Part shown: piece by piece, positions 34,365-34,751 of the stretch
Position numbering within the stretch: position 1 is the stretch's first letter
Layout of the letters: every line of letters starts with the position of its first letter
DNA from: an uncultured Anaerolineae bacterium
GTDB lineage: Bacteria > Chloroflexota > Anaerolineae > Aggregatilineales > Aggregatilineaceae
Reading direction: 5' to 3'
Assembly: GCA_966250245.1 (NCBI GenBank)
Contig: CBINGT010000001.1
Coordinates: forward strand, 1-34,751
DNA: 34,751 nucleotides
Made by a program: the position numbers and the translations under genes
Notes under the pieces: model-generated
What the model saw: the letters and a program-made list of their open reading frames with translations, nothing else
Databases searched by the model: none
Told to the model about the DNA's origin: nothing

Positions 34365-34388
34365 GCGCGACTCCGCCGTCTGGTGATG

Positions 34389-34451
34389 CCAGCGGGCCGC
34401 CGGGGAGAGGCACACGCCTCGAATGCCCGGCGCGCCCGCTGGTACTTTTTT
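34389..34451 (+). terminator. Rho-independent terminator (long interrupted stem)
   Basis: ccagcgggccgccgggg ... cccggcgcgcccgctgg followed by tactttttt. Confidence 0.75.
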
Positions 34452-34520
34452 GACATTGTGCGCTCTTGCCCACACGCGCTATAGTGGATTGTTGCGAAGT
34501 AAGACCCGGAACGGTGCCCC

Positions 34521-34751
34521 GTGATAGACGAATTCCAAAAACTGCCCCCGCAAGCCATACCCGTGATCCGCTTTCTCTCTGAGCGCGAGAACGCCGCCGC
34601 CGGAGAGATCGCGCAGGAAACCGGCCTCAGCGAGCGCGCGTTTGGCAAAGCGATCCGCGCGCTAGTCACACGCCGCTTCGCCGAGATGACGTCTCCTGGC
34701 GTCTACCGGCTGTCGGCGCGCGGGCGCGAGGCGCTGGCCGCGCTGGAACCG
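34521..34751 (+). CDS. Partial winged-helix (MarR/ArsR-like) protein, open at the window end
   Basis: GTG at 34521 is the first start after an in-frame TAA (34500-34502). The frame then stays open for 77 codons: VIRFLSERENAAAGEIAQETGLSERAFGKAIRALVTRRFAEM...YRLSARG, which looks like a wHTH. It is not in the supplied ORF track because no stop lies in the window. Confidence 0.4.
   Translation, partial: MIDEFQKLPPQAIPVIRFLSERENAAAGEIAQETGLSERAFGKAIRALVTRRFAEMTSPGVYRLSARGREALAALEP

Noticed and set aside
34450-34485. TTGACA plus TATAGT as a promoter for the partial wHTH gene
   Set aside because: The spacer between the hexamers is 24 nt, far from the 16-18 nt optimum. TATAGT alone may still be a -10 element, but the pair is not a canonical promoter.
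1-34751. Apparent enrichment of the palindrome GCGATCGC (I counted roughly ten by eye), reminiscent of cyanobacterial HIP1
   Set aside because: Most copies fall in frame as Ala-Ile-Ala codons, several of them in the conserved QAAIAIENA helices of the GAF modules. Peptide and codon bias is therefore a sufficient explanation. A genome-wide octamer count would be needed to claim more.

Overview
GC-rich bacterial chromosomal window. Gene content and repeat style suggest a Chloroflexota-like organism, but that assignment is a guess. Left third: a monocistronic groEL under a dual CIRCE operator, an M32 carboxypeptidase, a Pro-rich hypothetical protein, an MFS-dprA pair with a 4-bp overlap, a Nudix-like protein, a small membrane protein, and a DUF3048 lipoprotein gene interrupted by an in-frame TAG. 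Centre (about 10.1-28.4 kb): nine co-directional genes. They encode a DUF4388(PATAN)-wHTH protein, a CvnD/COG2229-type small GTPase, an alpha/beta hydrolase, a hexapeptide-repeat protein, an acyl-ACP-reductase (AAR)-like oxidoreductase, a REC plus degenerate-GGDEF regulator, a 3485-aa membrane-anchored histidine kinase with about sixteen GAF-like and three PAS-like modules, a CheY-like receiver, and a second paralogous alpha/beta-fold protein whose nucleophile Ser is replaced by Gly. Right third: a secreted HEXXH metalloprotease with visibly lower GC3, a TPP riboswitch with terminator driving a thiN-thiX-thiY-thiZ thiamine salvage/uptake operon, an ASCH protein with an acidic tail, a small coiled-coil protein and a partial wHTH gene. 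Four intergenic copies of an inverted heptamer-array repeat, (NGTTAGC)n ... (GCTAACN)n, and two copies of a 71-72 nt nested hairpin element are present. I recognised no CRISPR array, tRNA, rRNA, transposase or integrase. The best candidate for an undescribed system is the GTPase / enzyme / giant GAF-kinase cluster. That claim rests only on motif reading and gene adjacency, with no database search.
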